Source of the DNA: a virus
DNA: 59,402 nt
Reading direction: 5' to 3' (one strand)
Virus record (IMG/VR): IMGVR_UViG_3300045988_086105
The position numbers were made by a program, and so were the translations under genes. Below are positions 25,724 through 33,683 of the stretch, in pieces. Positions within the stretch are counted from its first letter, which is position 1. Each line of letters opens with the position of its first letter. The notes below the pieces were generated by a model that had not been told where the DNA came from, made no database searches, and worked only from the letters and a program-made list of their open reading frames with translations.

Positions 25724-27505
25724 TTAATACCTCCTGCTAAGAGAAAACGGGTTGGTAATTGCCTCTGCCTTTGCCATCGTTCCTGCTCTCATTTCATTTT
25801 CAAACAATGCTATGCTATCTGGCGCATCATCGTGCTTTACTTTTCCACTCCGTGTCATTGTGGTCAATTCTTTCATAAATTTGTAATACTGGCTTTGCCT
25901 GTCCATTTTTTTGAAATCACGAAAATAATAATCACGGATTATGTTATCCCTTGCATTTTCCATTCTCGTAATTTTGTTAGAACAGTTAAATTTGAACCTT
26001 GCACTGCATCTGCCTCCCTGGGACTTTACAATCTCCATAACATCTCTTCCAAAATATTCTCCAGCACTGTTGCTTTCAAACGTAACCGTTTTAACATTGT
26101 GTTTTACAATCATATTTGCACATTCCGGTTTTGTAAACTGCGTACCCGCATTGTCAAATACCACATCAACTATGTATATTTCATTCCCATATACATATCC
26201 AACCGGCATAGAACAACTATCTTCGCCTTTATCTGCGCTGTCACAAGCCGCCATAATAGCATCCGGTTCTCTATCTACCGGAAGTTCTTCAAAATAATTC
26301 AACTCGGTTTCGGAAAACATTCTTCCTTTTGCCTCGTATGGCTCCTGCTGAAACTCCGCAGCCCATGTCTCGTCAGAAACAAGTTTTCTTTCTTTCCGGT
26401 AATAATCTGTAGTAAAAATTTTTCTAAGACCTTTTTTATCTTTACGAAATATTTCCCAGTTGCTTTCATCCGTAATTGGGTCAAGTGCCGGAATCGCAAC
26501 TTCCCTCCATCTCCAGCCTAATTCATCAGCTTTATTCTGTAACGCAGTTATAGGGTCATACAGACTGTATTTTGTTCCTTGTATGATAATAGGCGTACCT
26601 TCTAATCTACGCCCCAAAACATCGTCTGTAACTTTTTCACAAAGAAATTCTAACCTATCTCTGTTTCTTGCCTCCTCATGGTTTTTTACACAGTCATCAA
26701 TGTATACAAGAACATTTGCCTCGGTACATCCTACGATTGCACCATCAATAGGACGGCATGTAAATGTAGGAAAAATATTTTTACTTTTAAGGTCTATAGA
26801 AAGATTTTCTGCGCTTTTGTACCCATCTTTGCTGATTTTAACAGCATCTGGAAATACACTCAAAAACCTCTGATAAATACTTTCCGTCTCGAATCCTTGC
26901 AGGAGCCCTCCGTAAAATCTTTTTACCAGTCCTTCACCTTTTCCGACACCTAAGATGCTTCCATCTGGGTCTCTGCCTCCCATCATCTGTGCCAGTTTTA
27001 GTCCTCCAGTGGTCTTACCAGTACGTTTTGGCTGCGAAACAGAAAGAAAATCAAGTTTTCCATCGTAGATTTCCTGGTATGCTCCGACTACCGGCTTTAG
27101 AACCCCTCTTCTTGGAAAATAAAATCTCTTCCACGGATCCTTTTCATCAATTTCGATGTAATAAAAAAAACTATCAACCAGATATGCCGCTTCATACATC
27201 AAAACATTGTAGAATTGCTCTAAAACCTTATATGATGTGTCATTATCTCCTGCGTATACTTCCAGGTCTGCAACTCTGCCACCAGTTTTATTTTTTACAT
27301 ATTGTGCAATAAAGGATTTTACTTTTGCCGATTGCTTTAATCCATAATCAATATCATTTTCCGACCGGAATGCAACCGCTAAAGCCTGTATGTACGCATC
27401 AATGACCTGTTCATCAATTCCCTTGCGCTGTATGTAATTGTCATAGCTGTTTACTGCCGATATAAGGCTTTGACTTGCCAAAAGAAAAGAGCCCCCTTTC
27501 CTCAA
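25724..27505 (-). CDS. terL: Terminase large subunit
   Basis: Walker A (SQPKRTGKTTG) and a C-terminal nuclease-like region. 593 aa as listed in the track. The start is TTG and uncertain; an AGGGGG RBS favours a TTG about 8 codons downstream. Confidence 0.85.
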   Translation of the reverse strand: MRKGGSFLLASQSLISAVNSYDNYIQRKGIDEQVIDAYIQALAVAFRSENDIDYGLKQSAKVKSFIAQYVKNKTGGRVADLEVYAGDNDTSYKVLEQFYNVLMYEAAYLVDSFFYYIEIDEKDPWKRFYFPRRGVLKPVVGAYQEIYDGKLDFLSVSQPKRTGKTTGGLKLAQMMGGRDPDGSILGVGKGEGLVKRFYGGLLQGFETESIYQRFLSVFPDAVKISKDGYKSAENLSIDLKSKNIFPTFTCRPIDGAIVGCTEANVLVYIDDCVKNHEEARNRDRLEFLCEKVTDDVLGRRLEGTPIIIQGTKYSLYDPITALQNKADELGWRWREVAIPALDPITDESNWEIFRKDKKGLRKIFTTDYYRKERKLVSDETWAAEFQQEPYEAKGRMFSETELNYFEELPVDREPDAIMAACDSADKGEDSCSMPVGYVYGNEIYIVDVVFDNAGTQFTKPECANMIVKHNVKTVTFESNSAGEYFGRDVMEIVKSQGGRCSARFKFNCSNKITRMENARDNIIRDYYFRDFKKMDRQSQYYKFMKELTTMTRSGKVKHDDAPDSIALFENEMRAGTMAKAEAITNPFSLSRRY

Positions 27506-27565
27506 ATTTTGGAAATTTGGCTCTCTGCGTAGGCACTCTACGACTGGTGCTCTGAAAAGCTATAT

Positions 27566-27799
27566 TTATCTGCCATATACGGCATTATTGTTCCACTCGA
27601 CTTCCTGTTCGTCAAGATATTTATGGCGAACCATATACCTCTGTATCTTTGATTCCGGGTAATTTACAATCTGTCCTGTCATTCTCACATACACATCATG
27701 GCTTGCTTCTGCTCCTAAGAGTGATTTACACCAGCTTTTAACCACAACACCTATCTGATTTTCCTCGACAACAACAATATCTCCGAAACAAAATTTCAT
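27566..27799 (-). CDS. Hypothetical protein (77 aa)
   Basis: Track ORF, translationally coupled to the upstream gene. Confidence 0.5.
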   Translation of the reverse strand: MKFCFGDIVVVEENQIGVVVKSWCKSLLGAEASHDVYVRMTGQIVNYPESKIQRYMVRHKYLDEQEVEWNNNAVYGR

Positions 27800-27978
27800 C
27801 GTTCTACTCCAATTCTATTGATTTTTCCACATTTTGGGCATTTGATTTCAGCCTGTCCGTTGAATTTGCCTAAAAGGCGGTTGCAATGCTGGCAACGCTT
27901 TTCAAACAGTCCCTCCGGCTTCATTGCCTGCCGCAGCGCATCACGTTCTATGCTCTCAATTACTGCTGTCATGCTCAT
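27796..27978 (-). CDS. Mu Com-like zinc-finger protein (60 aa)
   Basis: RCQHCNRLLGKFNGQAEIKCPKCGKINRI matches the Com pattern. Confidence 0.6.
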   Translation of the reverse strand: MSMTAVIESIERDALRQAMKPEGLFEKRCQHCNRLLGKFNGQAEIKCPKCGKINRIGVER

Positions 27979-27993
27979 TACTCCACCAACTTT

Positions 27994-28263
27994 CTAAGCA
28001 CCATTCATAAACATATTTCCAAAATGCAAATCATTTAGTGCTTTTTCTAATTCGTCTTTGTACCTAAATGGACTTAAAGGGCTTTTTATTTCTTCCCTCA
28101 ATATAGGCGACATATTGTCTATTAAAATGCTTTGTGTAGCACTTGCAAGATTTTGTGGTGGCAAATCCGCTAAAGCGCATAACTCCATTCTTTTATGGTC
28201 GCATTTTTCAGATTTAGGGCAATTTTTACATTTTTCTGCTAATTTACTTAAAGGTTCTGCCAT
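27994..28263 (-). CDS. Hypothetical Cys-containing protein (start moved to ATG 28263)
   Basis: TAATG overlap with the upstream stop. The product contains CKNCPKSEKC. Confidence 0.45.
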   Translation of the reverse strand: MAEPLSKLAEKCKNCPKSEKCDHKRMELCALADLPPQNLASATQSILIDNMSPILREEIKSPLSPFRYKDELEKALNDLHFGNMFMNGA

Positions 28264-28265
28264 TA

Positions 28266-28481
28266 CTACACCAACTTTCTGCCGCACATCGGACAAAACT
28301 CAATATTGAAATATCCCATAGCCGCTGTATTTGCAAAAATAACAATGGCGGGTTTATTGTCTCCGAAATTCTTCAAAATCTGTGCTTCTGTCAATTCTGT
28401 TTCATTCGCACATTTATGAATTTTAATGTCTTCTCCGCAGATTGTATTTTCGTCATGCCACTTTTCACAAAATTTACACAT
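28266..28481 (-). CDS. Zinc-ribbon protein (71 aa)
   Basis: MCKFCEKW...EFCPMCGRKL. Confidence 0.5.
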   Translation of the reverse strand: MCKFCEKWHDENTICGEDIKIHKCANETELTEAQILKNFGDNKPAIVIFANTAAMGYFNIEFCPMCGRKLV

Positions 28482-28659
28482 GCTTATTTTTCAACCTTTC
28501 CATTAACCGTTCACATTTATCAAGATTTTCGCAAGTAATGTTGTTTAAGTATTTTTCGTTTTTGTCAGATACTTTTGTTATATTCATTTGTATCAGTTTC
28601 GGTTCAAAATCTTTACAATACTGACAACAATCTTGAAGAATAAGGTGAAATCCATTCAT
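28474..28659 (-). CDS. Hypothetical protein (61 aa; start moved to ATG 28659)
   Basis: GGAGG RBS 8 nt before the internal ATG. The longer track ORF (to 28806) would run through a tRNA-like element. Confidence 0.5.
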   Translation of the reverse strand: MNGFHLILQDCCQYCKDFEPKLIQMNITKVSDKNEKYLNNITCENLDKCERLMERLKNKHV

Positions 28660-28676
28660 GAAAAATTCCTCCGTAA

Positions 28677-28749
28677 CCCATGCAGACGGAATCGAACCGC
28701 CGACACACATCCTATGCGGATGCCGTTCTGCCACTGGAGATATACATGG
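28677..28749 (-). tRNA. tRNA-like element, anticodon probably CAT, with a non-canonical anticodon loop
   Basis: Hand fold gives acceptor CCATGTA/TGCATGG, T-arm GGCGG-TTCGATT-CCGTC and anticodon stem GCATC/GATGT. The loop is CGCATAG (G at position 33), or a 5-nt loop if C32:G38 pair. Confidence 0.45.
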
Positions 28750-28908
28750 GAATCGCACAGTAAAACCTTTTATTGCTTGCGCTTGCAATAACCAAATGTG
28801 CACCACCTACTTGTCACTGACTATCCACAATCTCACAGTCTTGTCTGTTCTCTACTTCATAGGCTTGGTTTTCGCTAAACATATGTGGCTTACGTTTTAG
28901 CTAGGGAA

Positions 28909-28969
28909 TAGTTGCACGGAGAGTCGAACTCCGTCAGGCCAAACCATGCCAATGCATTTCAAATCTGCA
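28909..28969 (-). ncRNA. Orphan tRNA 3'-half-like element (anticodon-like arm, long variable arm, T-arm, 3' acceptor strand)
   Basis: T-arm is CGGAG-TTCGACT-CTCCG followed by TGCAACT-A. No complementary 5' acceptor strand or D-arm lies within tRNA distance. Confidence 0.35.
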
Positions 28970-29081
28970 AATTCTACTTTGCAAAGAGTTTTCTGTTCCC
29001 GATAATACAACTACTATCCATACATCTCCCATCGACCTGAACTATTGCAGTAGTGCCAGACTAAGTGGAGATAAGGATAAA

Positions 29082-29149
29082 CACGCCCGGAAAGTATCGA
29101 ACTTTCGTTAGAGGTTTTGGAGACCTCTTTCTGACCAACAGACAAACGT
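29082..29149 (-). tRNA. tRNA-Trp (CCA), short with a reduced D-arm
   Basis: Acceptor ACGTTTG/CGGGCGT (three G-U pairs), anticodon arm GAGGT-CTCCAAA-ACCTC, T-arm GAAAG-TTCGATA-CTTTC. Confidence 0.55.
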
Positions 29150-29301
29150 ATATAAAGTTTTCACGATTTTTTGAAACTTGAAACGGTCAAACTTTTTCAT
29201 TACTTTCCAAAACAAGAGGATTTGTCGCCACCTCAACAAAGCTACTTTCTAGAATTTTCACTTCTCAATAGCAACCACTGGTCGAATCCTTCATCGACGC
29301 A

Positions 29302-29383
29302 CGCCGTACACAGGATTCGAACCTGCAAGCCTTTTACAGCCAACGATTTTCAAGACCGCTCCCTCGCCACCCGGACATACGGC
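29302..29383 (-). tRNA. tRNA-Ser (TGA), type II
   Basis: Acceptor GCCGTAT/GTACGGC, anticodon loop CTTGAAA, long variable region, T-arm GCAGG-TTCGAAT-CCTGT. Confidence 0.7.
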
Positions 29384-29500
29384 AAATATGACAGTGTAGT
29401 GGAACTGCCATATCTGAAATTGCTTTTGCCACTACTTTGTACAATTTCATGCGGACTTTCTACCGCTTACGGCAAGGGTTCGTACCATGTCGTAAGTTAG

Positions 29501-29586
29501 CGCAGTGTGTAGGGCTCGAACCTACAAGGCGAACAAACGCCCGACCGGATAGCAACCGGCTCCAATTCCAATTATGGGAACACTGC
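29501..29586 (-). tRNA. tRNA-Ser (GCT), type II
   Basis: Acceptor GCAGTGT/ACACTGC, 3-bp D-stem CCA/TGG, anticodon arm GCCGG-TTGCTAT-CCGGT, 17-nt variable arm, T-arm GTAGG-TTCGAGC-CCTAC. Confidence 0.8.
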
Positions 29587-29745
29587 ATAAACGGTGGTTT
29601 TTTACTTGGTTATCACCACCCAAGGATTTTTTAGTCAGCCGCAAGCGGCTCCATCCAGTTCCCTGTGCTAAGTTTAACCGGTATATTGATTAGCACCTGC
29701 ATTTCTCTAATAAATGCCCTCGGAGTGTACTGGCAATATCACCAA

Positions 29746-29825
29746 TGGAAAGTGCCGGAATCGAACCGACCTCACGGATTATTGGTGCACCTCACCGTAA
29801 TTGCAGCCTTGCGATATAGCTTTCC
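29746..29825 (-). ncRNA. tRNA-like element with a 17-nt anticodon loop
   Basis: Acceptor GGAAAG(C)/(A)CTTTCC, D-arm with GG loop, T-arm GTCGG-TTCGATT-CCGGC. The stem TACGG/CCGTG sits at the anticodon-stem position but encloses TGAGGTGCACCAATAAT. Confidence 0.4.
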
Positions 29826-29827
29826 TC

Positions 29828-29859
29828 AAAAAGAGCCGAACCTCTAACGATACGGCTCT
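29828..29859 (-). terminator. Rho-independent terminator after the small membrane ORF
   Basis: AGAGCCG / CGGCTCT stem followed by U5 on the minus strand. Confidence 0.6.
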
Positions 29860-29930
29860 TATACTTTCTTAGCCGAGTTTATATTCTTCAGACCAAGCCA
29901 GTGACTTTTTCAAAGTTTTGTGGGTTCTTT

Positions 29931-30119
29931 TCATCTGCGATTCACTGGCAAGGTCTTTCCGGGGACTTCATGCCTCGTAGGTATAGCCTGATATGCGAAC
30001 CCATGCAAATTCCTGCCATACATTCTATCCAGCAGTCTTCTGGAGTTTATGAAAATTTCAACACCAATCCAGACAACGAGATGAAAAACAATTACACCAT
30101 ATACATTTACAATCATCAA
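29931..30119 (-). CDS. Small membrane protein embedded in the tRNA island (62 aa)
   Basis: GAGGGAG RBS 5 nt before the ATG. N-terminal TM (IVNVYGVIVFHLVVWIGVEIFI), a basic tail and its own terminator. Confidence 0.4.
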   Translation of the reverse strand: MMIVNVYGVIVFHLVVWIGVEIFINSRRLLDRMYGRNLHGFAYQAIPTRHEVPGKTLPVNRR

Positions 30120-30150
30120 AACTCCCTCGCTTTCTGAATTTTCGTTTTCA

Positions 30151-30222
30151 TGGCTTGTGGTGGTATCGATCCACCCTATACAGATTTTCAGTCTGTCGCT
30201 AATCCGTCTCAGCTAACAAGCC
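30151..30222 (-). tRNA. tRNA-Phe (GAA)
   Basis: Acceptor GGCTTGT/ACAAGCC, anticodon arm ACAGA-CTGAAAA-TCTGT, T-arm GGTGG-ATCGATA-CCACC (atypical T-loop). Confidence 0.7.
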
Positions 30223-30534
30223 TTAAAGCTATCCGGCGTATCGCAACCGTATAGAGGTCTCATTTGCGAATTTTCCTCTGCGCTTTCACGGTATTCCCGA
30301 AGAAATTGCACCAGATAGCAAAATAGGATTCCCGCAATACTCGACACCTCAATCATGACACCATGACAGTGTTTGATTTTACGGGGTTGGACATACGAAC
30401 GGCCTTTCCCGGAATTGTCATCGTGTAATGCCCATGTGCGTTTTCACGCTCAACCAGCGAAGTCAAGCGTGACATTTTTTTATATTCGCAGGGCATCCGC
30501 CAGTTTCCTGCTAGTCGGTAGCTATCCAACCTCG
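30223..30534 (-). ncRNA. Structured non-coding spacer (tetraloop-capped hairpins)
   Basis: The minus-strand RNA contains a cUUCGg hairpin (ATTTC-TTCG-GGAAT), a GAAA-capped hairpin (CGT-GAAA-GCG) and a 7-bp stem TCACGCT/AGCGTGA. There is no RBS-led ORF. Confidence 0.35.
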
Positions 30535-30618
30535 TGGGGAAAGAAAGACTCGAACTTTCGATGTTTCCAATGTCACGGTTTTACAGACCGCTGCAATCGC
30601 CGCTATGCACATTTCCCC
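30535..30618 (-). tRNA. tRNA-Tyr (GTA), type II
   Basis: Acceptor GGGGAAA/TTTCCCC, D-stem TGCA/TGCA, anticodon arm GCGGT-CTGTAAA-ACCGT, long variable arm, T-arm GAAAG-TTCGAGT-CTTTC. Confidence 0.85.
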
Positions 30619-30692
30619 AAATTTACCAGTTCTTTTTTACAACGTTTCACTGGCATACCCGTTGATTGTTTTTTAAGTGGTCGCTCCACTAA

Positions 30693-30805
30693 ATGGATAG
30701 GTACGGATTTGAACCGTACATGATTGGTATACCTCCCGCCATCTAAGTTGCTGGCTACAGCGGATTATCTCACAGCAATAGTGTCTGCCATTCCACCACT
30801 ATCCA
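30693..30805 (-). ncRNA. 113-nt tRNA-like element with an expanded central region
   Basis: Perfect 7-bp acceptor TGGATAG/CTATCCA, Ser/Leu-like D-arm GTG-GAATGGCAGA-CAC, T-arm GTACG-GTTCAAATC-CGTAC. Sixty nt lie between the D- and T-arms, including stem TTGCTG/CAGCAA around a 19-nt loop. Confidence 0.4.
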
Positions 30806-31113
30806 CGCCCATCTTATGACTGCAAGGGCTGTGCAGGGTTAATCAATCTCTGTCATTCGACTGCCTGTAGTACCACCTATTAGCTTTGAAGATTAACAGC
30901 TCCTGGTGCCACTCTCTAAAAGCCAGGAGTTAGCATACGCATTTCTGCATTAAGGAAGTATGCTGGTCCCTGCCGCAGTTCTTTGCTCTCCGTCATAGAG
31001 CGGGAATCAACTACAGCAAAACCCAAATCCCCACAAGCCTTATGACGGCTCTTAACAGCATTCCGCTATGGGGAGAAAGGAATCTTTACATGAGTCGTTA
31101 GCAAACCCATGCG
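30806..31113 (-). ncRNA. Structured non-coding spacer with a T-armless tRNA-like three-way junction and a GNRA hairpin
   Basis: CCCCAT...GTGGGG encloses AGC-GGAAT-GCT and GAGCC-GTCATAA-GGCTT (a CAT loop). Other helices are GCATAC/GTATGC with an inner GCA-GAAA-TGC, CTCCTGG/CCAGGAG and GTTAATC/GATTAAC. Confidence 0.35.
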
Positions 31114-31184
31114 CTGGGCTAACCAGATTCGAACTGGTGATACAGGAGTCAAAGTCCTGTGCCTTACCGCTTGGCGATAGCCCA
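31114..31184 (-). tRNA. tRNA-Gln (TTG)
   Basis: Canonical cloverleaf: TGGGCTA/TAGCCCA, D-arm GCC-AAGCGGTAA-GGC, anticodon arm CAGGA-CTTTGAC-TCCTG, T-arm ACCAG-TTCGAAT-CTGGT. Confidence 0.9.
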
Positions 31185-31456
31185 TTATTCCCGGCAGTAA
31201 AGACCATCTGACTGCCGGGTCCCGTGATACATTTCGATTCGTCTGTACAAATTACTCACAGCATCTGGGGGTTGGACAAAAAATACCGCTTTCATCCGCA
31301 CAGACCTATCCGTGACATCATGCCTTGTCTTGTCAGCTACATATCGTCTAGTAACTGACGATGGTCTAATTTTTATGAATTTAAACCGGTCTGCAAAATT
31401 GATTATGTTTTCAATTAAGCAAATCGGAATAATTCCGCAGAGTATATTCAAAATCT

Positions 31457-31594
31457 TCATACCCACATAAAAAACACAGCCATAATAATTGCAAACCCAA
31501 AAATCAATTCTGTGAATTTTCCTTCTCTTTCTTTTGTTTTGGAGCAGTCAATAAGCACTACAAATCCCGCCAGTGTAACTAGGAAACTTACCAT
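31457..31594 (-). CDS. Small two-TM protein (45 aa)
   Basis: Hand-translated: MVSFLVTLAGFVVLIDCSKTKEREGKFTELIFGFAIIMAVFFMWV. No clear RBS. Confidence 0.3.
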   Translation of the reverse strand: MVSFLVTLAGFVVLIDCSKTKEREGKFTELIFGFAIIMAVFFMWV

Positions 31595-31598
31595 CAGT

Positions 31599-32015
31599 TT
31601 AATTGCAAATATCACTTCTATTCTTCCTCCCATTCATCCTGCTTTCAACCTCTGCCAGAACCGCTTGAACCAGAAATCTTGAAAATTGAGAATCGTCCAT
31701 TTTTAAAAATAATTTACACTGCCGATTCAGTTGTTCCCAGTCGGCATCCGTCCTTGGTTCAAAATTCTCTTTATGAATTCTCCAGATTGCGGTATAGGTT
31801 TCTTTTACTTCACTTGTCATTGGCTCCTTTACCTCTTTCTTTTCCTCAGAAGAATTCTCTTCCCTTTTCTCTGCATGGTTCATTTGGCAAGAAAAAAGCT
31901 GCAATATGTTTGACCTTGGCTGCTTAATTCCATGTCCCTGCCGGAACAGTTCACATTCCAAAATGTCCCCACAGTATTTACATTCATCATTTATCTCTTT
32001 GCCAAAGATTTGCAT
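31599..32015 (-). CDS. Hypothetical protein (138 aa)
   Basis: Track ORF, packed behind the DUF3310 gene. Confidence 0.5.
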   Translation of the reverse strand: MQIFGKEINDECKYCGDILECELFRQGHGIKQPRSNILQLFSCQMNHAEKREENSSEEKKEVKEPMTSEVKETYTAIWRIHKENFEPRTDADWEQLNRQCKLFLKMDDSQFSRFLVQAVLAEVESRMNGRKNRSDICN

Positions 32016-32019
32016 GGCT

Positions 32020-32499
32020 CTAATCCTTCTTGCAGGCTTTTTCCAACTCCAGATACTTTGTCAAATACCAATGCGCCTTTGAAATATCCTCGGAACCATT
32101 TTTATTATTATGCCGGTAAAGATACTTAAAGGCATTGCAGATGCAAAAATCTTTTACCGCATCAACCCCCTGCGTTTCAAGCATCACATCTATGCACTCA
32201 TATTTTCCAGTCTCATAATGGCTGGGATGATTAACATTATCCTCCACATGGATTTCAATCTTTCCAGGTTGCATATCCTTAGGCATAATTCTTTCATTCA
32301 CCTGCTCTACACTTCCTGTCTTAAAATTTACTTTCGAGAAAAGAGGTACCCACATTCCCAGAGGTAAATCCTTCTTAGCAACAAAATATAAATAATCTCC
32401 TTCCAGTTTTGAATAGCTGATTTGATAACCAAGGTTATTAAGTGCTTTCTCTGTATTCTCCACTGCTTTATTTATTTCCCTTGCTGTTCCTATATCCAT
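32020..32499 (-). CDS. DUF3310-domain protein
   Basis: PSHYETGKYECIDVM...CNAFKYLYRHNNKNGSEDISKAHWYL matches the DUF3310 signature. Confidence 0.6.
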   Translation of the reverse strand: MDIGTAREINKAVENTEKALNNLGYQISYSKLEGDYLYFVAKKDLPLGMWVPLFSKVNFKTGSVEQVNERIMPKDMQPGKIEIHVEDNVNHPSHYETGKYECIDVMLETQGVDAVKDFCICNAFKYLYRHNNKNGSEDISKAHWYLTKYLELEKACKKD

Positions 32500-32729
32500 T
32501 TGGTTTCCTCCAAAAAGTGGCTTTTTATTTTTGTAGTAATTTAAGGCACTCAGTAGGGGTTATTGAATGGTTTTTATTAACCCCCTCCCCATATGCTCTG
32601 GTAGTTGTTCTTTCGTATGCCGTTATTGTTTTAATTGTTTCACGCAATGTGTACAATTCTTTGAAAGTATCGGTTAAATTGTTATTTAACACGATACAAC
32701 ACGTTTCAAACCCGCATAAATACAGGCTT

Positions 32730-33404
32730 TTAAATTGTGTCTATTGTGTCTGCCGTGTTTCCATTGCTTTTCGTGTCTGACAAGGCGTTATTGTCTGAAT
32801 ATTCACAAGGTTTTAGCTGTGGCAATTCAGCCGCCGTCAATGTCTGCTTATTGCTCTGCTCTCTGGACACGCCCGGCAGATTCCAGTTGTAGTGCCGGTT
32901 TAAAATTGCTAGGATCCCAACCGGGTTTCGCTTTGCTGTTGCCAATTTTGCGCTCAAAGACTCCTCTCGAAATTGCGATATTTTTTGGCTTATCTCGGAA
33001 CACGTTGTGCTAAGCTTATTTTCCCCATCCTTCCAGGCTATTAGTGTATCTTGATTGATTCCGGTTAATAAGCTAAATCCAACCGCTGACACTTCTTTGT
33101 CATACATCATGCATAAATATATATAACAATCGCATATTTTATTGATTAACTCATAATTATACGCATTATAGTTGCTTACTCCTCCGGTAAAAGCACCGGT
33201 AGTATTTACAAGCGTTTTTGACTTGAGACAACCGGGAGCATTGAAGGCGTGCATCCTGATGTACATCAAGGCAGCATTCCAAACGTTCTGGCTTTCGTCT
33301 TTCATGTCAGAAATTTTCTGCTCTTCGCAAAATTGAGACAAATACAACTCTATGTCGGTTGTAAAAACATCCACGTTGTTTCCTCTGTCCTCTACATGCT
33401 CCAT
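32730..33404 (-). CDS. terS: Putative terminase small subunit (start moved to ATG 33404)
   Basis: AGGAGGTGAG RBS. HTH-like GFSLLTGINQDTLIAWK and a C-terminal NPVGILAILNRHYNWN resembling the TerS (Terminase_2) motif. First gene of the rightmost minus-strand operon. Confidence 0.5.
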   Translation of the reverse strand: MEHVEDRGNNVDVFTTDIELYLSQFCEEQKISDMKDESQNVWNAALMYIRMHAFNAPGCLKSKTLVNTTGAFTGGVSNYNAYNYELINKICDCYIYLCMMYDKEVSAVGFSLLTGINQDTLIAWKDGENKLSTTCSEISQKISQFREESLSAKLATAKRNPVGILAILNRHYNWNLPGVSREQSNKQTLTAAELPQLKPCEYSDNNALSDTKSNGNTADTIDTI

Positions 33405-33430
33405 GTTCTCACCTCCTGTTTTTGGGCAAC

Positions 33431-33546
33431 AAAAAAATCGCCATCCGTCACTTAATAAGCTACATTTCTGCAAACTGCTATACCCGTTGTATAACAACAA
33501 GTACAAACAGCGTGCAGAACGTAGGTTAAAAGTGATAGGTTAGCGA
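33431..33546 (-). terminator. Long imperfect hairpin followed by U7 in the TerS leader (candidate attenuator)
   Basis: RNA TCGCTAACC-TA-TCACTT (33530-33546) pairs with AAGTGA-C-GGATGGCGA (33438-33453), followed by U7 (33431-33437). The interior also pairs (TCTGCA/TGCAGA, GTTGT/ACAAC). Confidence 0.45.
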
Positions 33547-33646
33547 CTTCCTACCTTTTTCGGCCCGGTTTCCCACGGAGTCCTAAGACGCGGTAAAAGG
33601 GGAATCAAACAAGGCGTCCTCGTCCGGGTTGGTGCAACCCTCCAAA
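33541..33646 (-). promoter_or_regulatory. Conserved structured leader, copy 1 (upstream of TerS)
   Basis: Shares TTGCACCAACCCGGACGAGG and TCTTAGGACTCCGyGGGAAA...CCGAAAAA..GGAAGT.CGCTA with 37373-37455 in the opposite orientation. It starts about 10 nt after a promoter. Confidence 0.6.
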
Positions 33647-33654
33647 CTAGTTAC

Positions 33655-33683
33655 AAATTAACACGGCTTGAGAAAATCGTCAA
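33655..33683 (-). promoter_or_regulatory. Sigma70-type promoter (TTGACG-17-TAATTT) for the TerS leader
   Basis: -35 is the reverse complement of 33678-33683 and -10 the reverse complement of 33655-33660, with a 17-nt spacer. Confidence 0.5.

Noticed and set aside
25697-26521. 274-aa plus-strand ORF, plus other plus-strand ORFs inside the TerL, TMP and ATPase genes
   Set aside because: These are antisense shadows of long, well-supported minus-strand genes. Their Phe/Ser/Cys-rich products are typical of non-coding frames in AT-rich DNA.
29150-29300. tmRNA-like 5' motif (GCGTCGA-TGAA-GGATTCGAC) just downstream of tRNA-Ser(TGA)
   Set aside because: GGATTCGAC resembles the conserved tmRNA 5' region. 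However, no complementary 3' acceptor strand (TCGACGC with a T-arm) and no tag-like reading frame ending in Ala-Ala were found. tRNA-Trp also lies within the distance a tmRNA would need.
29171-30723. Plus-strand track ORFs (29171-29500, 29437-29634, 29665-29847, 29901-30137, 30373-30723) across the tRNA island
   Set aside because: They run antisense through hand-foldable tRNAs. They have no RBS and give odd, low-complexity products. They are treated as spurious ORFs in non-coding DNA.
31185-31466. 93-aa minus-strand ORF upstream of tRNA-Gln
   Set aside because: It has no RBS and abuts the tRNA. The region instead contains a 9-bp hairpin (CCCGGCAGT/ACTGCCGGG, 31190-31219) and promoter-like sequences. 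It is treated as the non-coding leader of the island.
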